A DNA stretch of 64,000 nucleotides from Mobula hypostoma (lineage: Eukaryota): assembly GCF_963921235.1 (NCBI RefSeq), contig NC_086109.1:23500001-23564000 (forward strand). Direction: 5' to 3'. The notes below the pieces were generated by a model. It did not search any database. It was not told where the DNA came from and was given only the letters and a program-made list of their open reading frames with translations. Below, one piece after another: positions 59,953-64,000 of this stretch. Every line of letters begins with the position of its first letter. Position 1 is the first letter of the stretch. Position numbers and translations under genes: made by a program.

Positions 59953-60352
59953 TTACTTACCATGTTATTCACCGGAGATGGAGCATGTTCTAATGGGTCA
60001 TCAAGTTATCGGTGGCCCAGTTGGGGTTTTAGGTGCCCCCCTCCCCCCGTAAGAGGAAACCAACCTGCTGATACTCCATGTTACTGAAACTTTAGGATGC
60101 ACAGGATACTGTTTTGCTACAACCTGTCTTCTACAGCTGGGGAGAATGGAATTGGGAATGAAATGGAATGGATAGGATGGATTGGGAGTGTAATGGAAGT
60201 ATTGAACAGGGACTGGAGGGGGAATGTTGGAGGGCTTTGAGAAGGCCAACAGAACTGAGTAGAGAATTACAAAGGCAGCACAATGGTTGGATGGGCACCT
60301 GATGAAGATGGAACAGGAAGCAAAGGAGATATTTGTTCCAGGAAGAGATAAA

Positions 60353-60353
<1 letters not shown>

Positions 60354-60384
<31 letters not shown>

Positions 60385-61548
60385 TGTCAACTCAGGCCTA
60401 GGGGGCCGGCATCAGGCACGATGACGGACTCTCCATTTCTCCCTCTCCCTCATCAGTGTGTTCAGTTCATCTACATTAGCCGCGCCGCTGTCTTCCAGGA
60501 GCGTGTTGACCATAGTCTTGGGAGGGCGCCCAGGGTTCATCCTCCTGTACTTGGGCTCCCATATGTTGACTAGGCTGGCAGGTAGCTCGGGGTGGCGTAG
60601 ACAGTGCCCTGCTAGTTGCAGTCTTCTCGCCTCGATTTTGGTGGTGAGCATTGGTAGGTTGTTATAAAGCTCGACGTTCGGCATGTGCTGTTGCCAACTC
60701 ACGTCAAGAGCCATCCAGAGCATTCGTGTATAGCGACCATCTAGAGACTTTCGCATCGTCTTGGTGAGTGTCCACGCCTCGCATCCGTATGTGAGAATGG
60801 ACTGTATGACTGCTATGAAAATCCTCTTTTTAAGCCCTCTGGTCAGGTTCGACTTCCAGATTTCTTTCATGTCGTTCATAGCCCTCCACGCCAGCGCCTT
60901 CCGTATCTTTATGTCCTTCTCCGAACTCATCATTCTTGACCCGAGGTACTTGTAGTCGAAGACTTTCTTAATGGTATCATTCTCTATGGTCTTGAGAGTA
61001 CCTTCGTCACAGTTAAACGCCATGTACTCTGTCTTTTTAGCATTTAGGTGAGGTCCAACTTTATTGCACTCAATTTCCACTTTTGTAGGTAGCTGCTGTG
61101 CTTCCTCCATCTGGTCGGAGAGCAGGACTATGTTATCTGCAAAATCGAGATCTGTGAGCGTAATTGGTCTGACCCTTTTGGTTCACCCTGGTTTGGTAGC
61201 TTGACACAGAGCATAATCAAGCATGATTATAAAGATGTAGGGTGCCAGAATGTCTCCCTGCAGCACATCAGCTAGGAGCTCGAACACTGCTGTTTCTCTG
61301 TATGGTGATACAACTTTCGCCATGGTTTTGGTATAGCTGGACTCTATTGCTCTCAGTAGATGGTCTGGCACTCCGTAAGCTTTCAGGATCTTCAGCATTT
61401 TATCTCGGTGAATGGAGTCAAAAGCTTTGTGAAAACTGATGTAAGTAAGCACGGCTGGTAGGTTGTTCTTCTTGACTTCCTCGATGATCCTATGGAGAGC
61501 AAGTATTTGCATTACTGTTGTGCGCTTCTGCCGAAAACCATTCTGATT
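60354..61548 (-). mobile_element. RTE-group LINE, 5'-truncated, RT to 3' end, (TAG)n tail
   Basis: QNGFRQKRTT..FHKAFDSIHRDKM..VLQGDILAPYIF, DFADNIVLL and ORF 60412-61110; perfect 12-bp TSD gaagagataaat (60342-60353, 61549-61560). Confidence 0.92.
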
Positions 61549-61591
61549 GAAGAGATAAATGGTGATCATGTATTTTGGCAATTATTGGGTA

Positions 61592-63070
61592 GTCATAGAG
61601 TCATAGAAAAATACAGCACAGAAACAAGCTCTTCAGCCCATGCCAAGTTATTTAAACTACCTACTCCCATCGACCTGCACCGGGACCATAGCCCTCCATA
61701 TCTCAACCATCCATGTACCTATCCAAACTTCTCTTAAACAGTGAAATTGAGTTGATGTGCACCACTTGTGCTGGCAGCTCCTCAACACTCTCATGACCCT
61801 CTGAGTGAAGAACTTTCCCCTCATGTTCTCCTTAAACTTTTCACCTTCCCCCTTAACCCATAGCCTCTGGTTGTAGTCCCACCCAACCTCAGTGGAAAAC
61901 ACCTGCTTGCATTTGCCCTATCTCTATCCCTCATAGTTTTGTATACCTCTATCAAATCCCCTCTCAATATTCTATGTTCTAAGGAATAAAGTCCTAACCT
62001 ATTCAATCTTTCCTTATAACTCATGTCCTCCACACCTGACAACATCATTGTAAATTCTGTCTGTACTCTTTCAATGTAATTTACATCTTACCAAAACTGC
62101 ACATAATACTCTAAATTAGGGCTCACCAGCGTCTTATAAAACTTAAACATAACATCCCATTGATTTATGAAGGACAAAGTGGTAAAAGCTTTCTTTAAGA
62201 CCCTATCTAGCTGTCACCCTACTTTCAACAAATTATGGACCTGCATTCCCAGATCCCTTTGTTCTATCACTCTCTTCAGTACCCTACCATTCACTGTGTA
62301 AGACCTAACCTGGTTGTCTGCATTAAATTCCATCTGCCATTTTTCAGCTTGTTTTTCCAGCTGGTCCAGATCCTGCTAGAAGCCATGATAGCCTTCCTTG
62401 CTGTCCATTACACCATCAATCTTGGTGTCATCTGCAAATCTGCTGATCCAGTTAACCACATTGTAATCCAGATCATTGCTATAGATGTCAAACAACAACA
62501 GACCCAGCACCGATCCCTGTAGCACTGCACTCGTCACAGACCTCCAGTTAGTGAGGCAACCATCCACTATTACTCTCTGGCTTCTCCCACAAAGGTAGTG
62601 TCTAATCCAATTTACCACCTCATCTTGAACGCTGAGTGACTGAACCTTCTTGACCAACTTGCCATATGGGACCCTGTCAAATACCTGGCTAAAGTCCATG
62701 TACACGACATCCACTGACTTGCATTCATCCACTTTCCTGGTAACTTCCTCGAACAACTTTATAAGATTGGTTAGACACGACCTACCACACATGAAGCTGT
62801 GCTATCCTTAATCAGTCCAAGTACACCTTTACCAGAAAGCAGCCTGTCCCAATCCACATTTGCTAGATCCCTTCTGAAACCATCAACACTGGCCTTTATC
62901 CAATTTAGAATCTCAATCTGTGGACCAGACCTATCTTTTTGCATATTTACTTTGAAACTAATGGCATTGAGATCACTAGATGCAAAGTGTTCCCCCACAC
63001 AAATTTCTGTCACCTGCCCTGTCTCATTCCCTAATAGCAGATCAAGTCTAGCACATTCTCTCGTTGGGAC
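61592..63070 (-). mobile_element. CR1 LINE ORF2 (RT) + 3' UTR with internal deletions
   Basis: GRSCLTNLIKLFEEVT..DVVYMDFSQVFDRVP..VLQGSVLGLLLF..FADDTKI; tail gtcatagagtcatagaa. Confidence 0.92.
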
Positions 63071-64000
63071 TCAATATTCATGCAATTGAAGGGGGATCTT
63101 GAAATCATAGCTTCAAATCCAGCATGCTAAAGTTAGGAGGTTGGGAAGTTATGGAGTGCTAACAGAAAGCAGCAATGAACTCTGTTAGATTACTCAGTCC
63201 ATAATGCCCTTCAAGGGGGGCATTACAACACAGACAGCCAATGTTCTCCTCCCCTTTTATTAACCTATCCAGATTCTCCCCCAACCACATCCTCCCTCTT
63301 CTCTTCCTCCCACCCTTCCCCACAAAATGTGACTCCAACCCCTGCAGAAATCCCCTGGAACCTCTAAGCATGGAAAACTCATCTTACCCATATGCTTTTA
63401 TTTTTCATGACAGGCGCAGAAAGAGGCTATTTCGTCCCATGTGCATTTTTTGACTATTTGTGTGATGCCTGATCTATACCTTAAATCCATGGACTTGACT
63501 TAATAACAAACATAATCTGTTAACTGCAATCCTGAAAATGTCAATGAACAACACTATCCTTTGTATAATTCTGCTGTTAGCTGGGCAATAGCAGTAAATT
63601 GTTTCTCAAGATACATGGTTTTGCAAGGCATCACATCAAGGATTTTGTACAGAGCGATCTAATTCCCAGCATTGTGTGGGTGCATTTGAGTGACAAGTCA
63701 GTTTAGGGACTTGAATTCACAGCCATCTGGTGTGAGAGGGAGAGTGCTAACTGTCGGAGGAACAGCGTGCTCTCTGTTGCATCATCATCTGCCTCAGAAT
63801 TCAGCATTTCAAACTTGCAGAAACAATGACCCCTACAGATGGAATACAATTACTTAGCCCAGAAAGTTATAAGCTTGTTGAGATTACCTAATTATTTTTA
63901 CATGTGAACTGTCATATCTGGATTCCTTGCAGAGTTTACAAACACTGGTATGAGACTGGTATGCCTCTTAAATCAGTGAAATTCTTTGAGTATCCCTCCA

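Overview
Vertebrate nuclear DNA, most likely a cartilaginous fish (ray/shark; inferred from the repeat families, not proven). The only host gene I can support is the 3' half of a MiT/TFE bHLH-ZIP transcription factor, best matching TFEB. It has five + strand coding exons (1897-2002, 10244-10300, 11433-11508, 14596-14743, 16644-17057) with GT-AG introns and continuous phase, followed by a possibly long 3' UTR. The rest is intron and intergenic DNA densely filled with decayed, often nested transposons: CR1, Rex1/Babar, several RTE lineages including a BovB-like 3' end, a HERO-type RLE retroelement, two nested Gypsy LTR elements, hAT-like MITEs, tRNA-derived SINEs and many Penelope-like element (PLE) termini. 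Most ORFs in the supplied track are spurious or transposon fragments. The most notable non-coding signal is about a dozen PLE termini carrying a minimal hammerhead-ribozyme motif (AGUC-CUGANGA-stem II-GAAA-CGUC-GACU). These include fold-back copies and two cases where a younger PLE appears to have inserted into the hammerhead of an older one. I found no convincing wholly new gene system. Repeat boundaries are approximate (by eye) unless target-site duplications (TSDs) are quoted.
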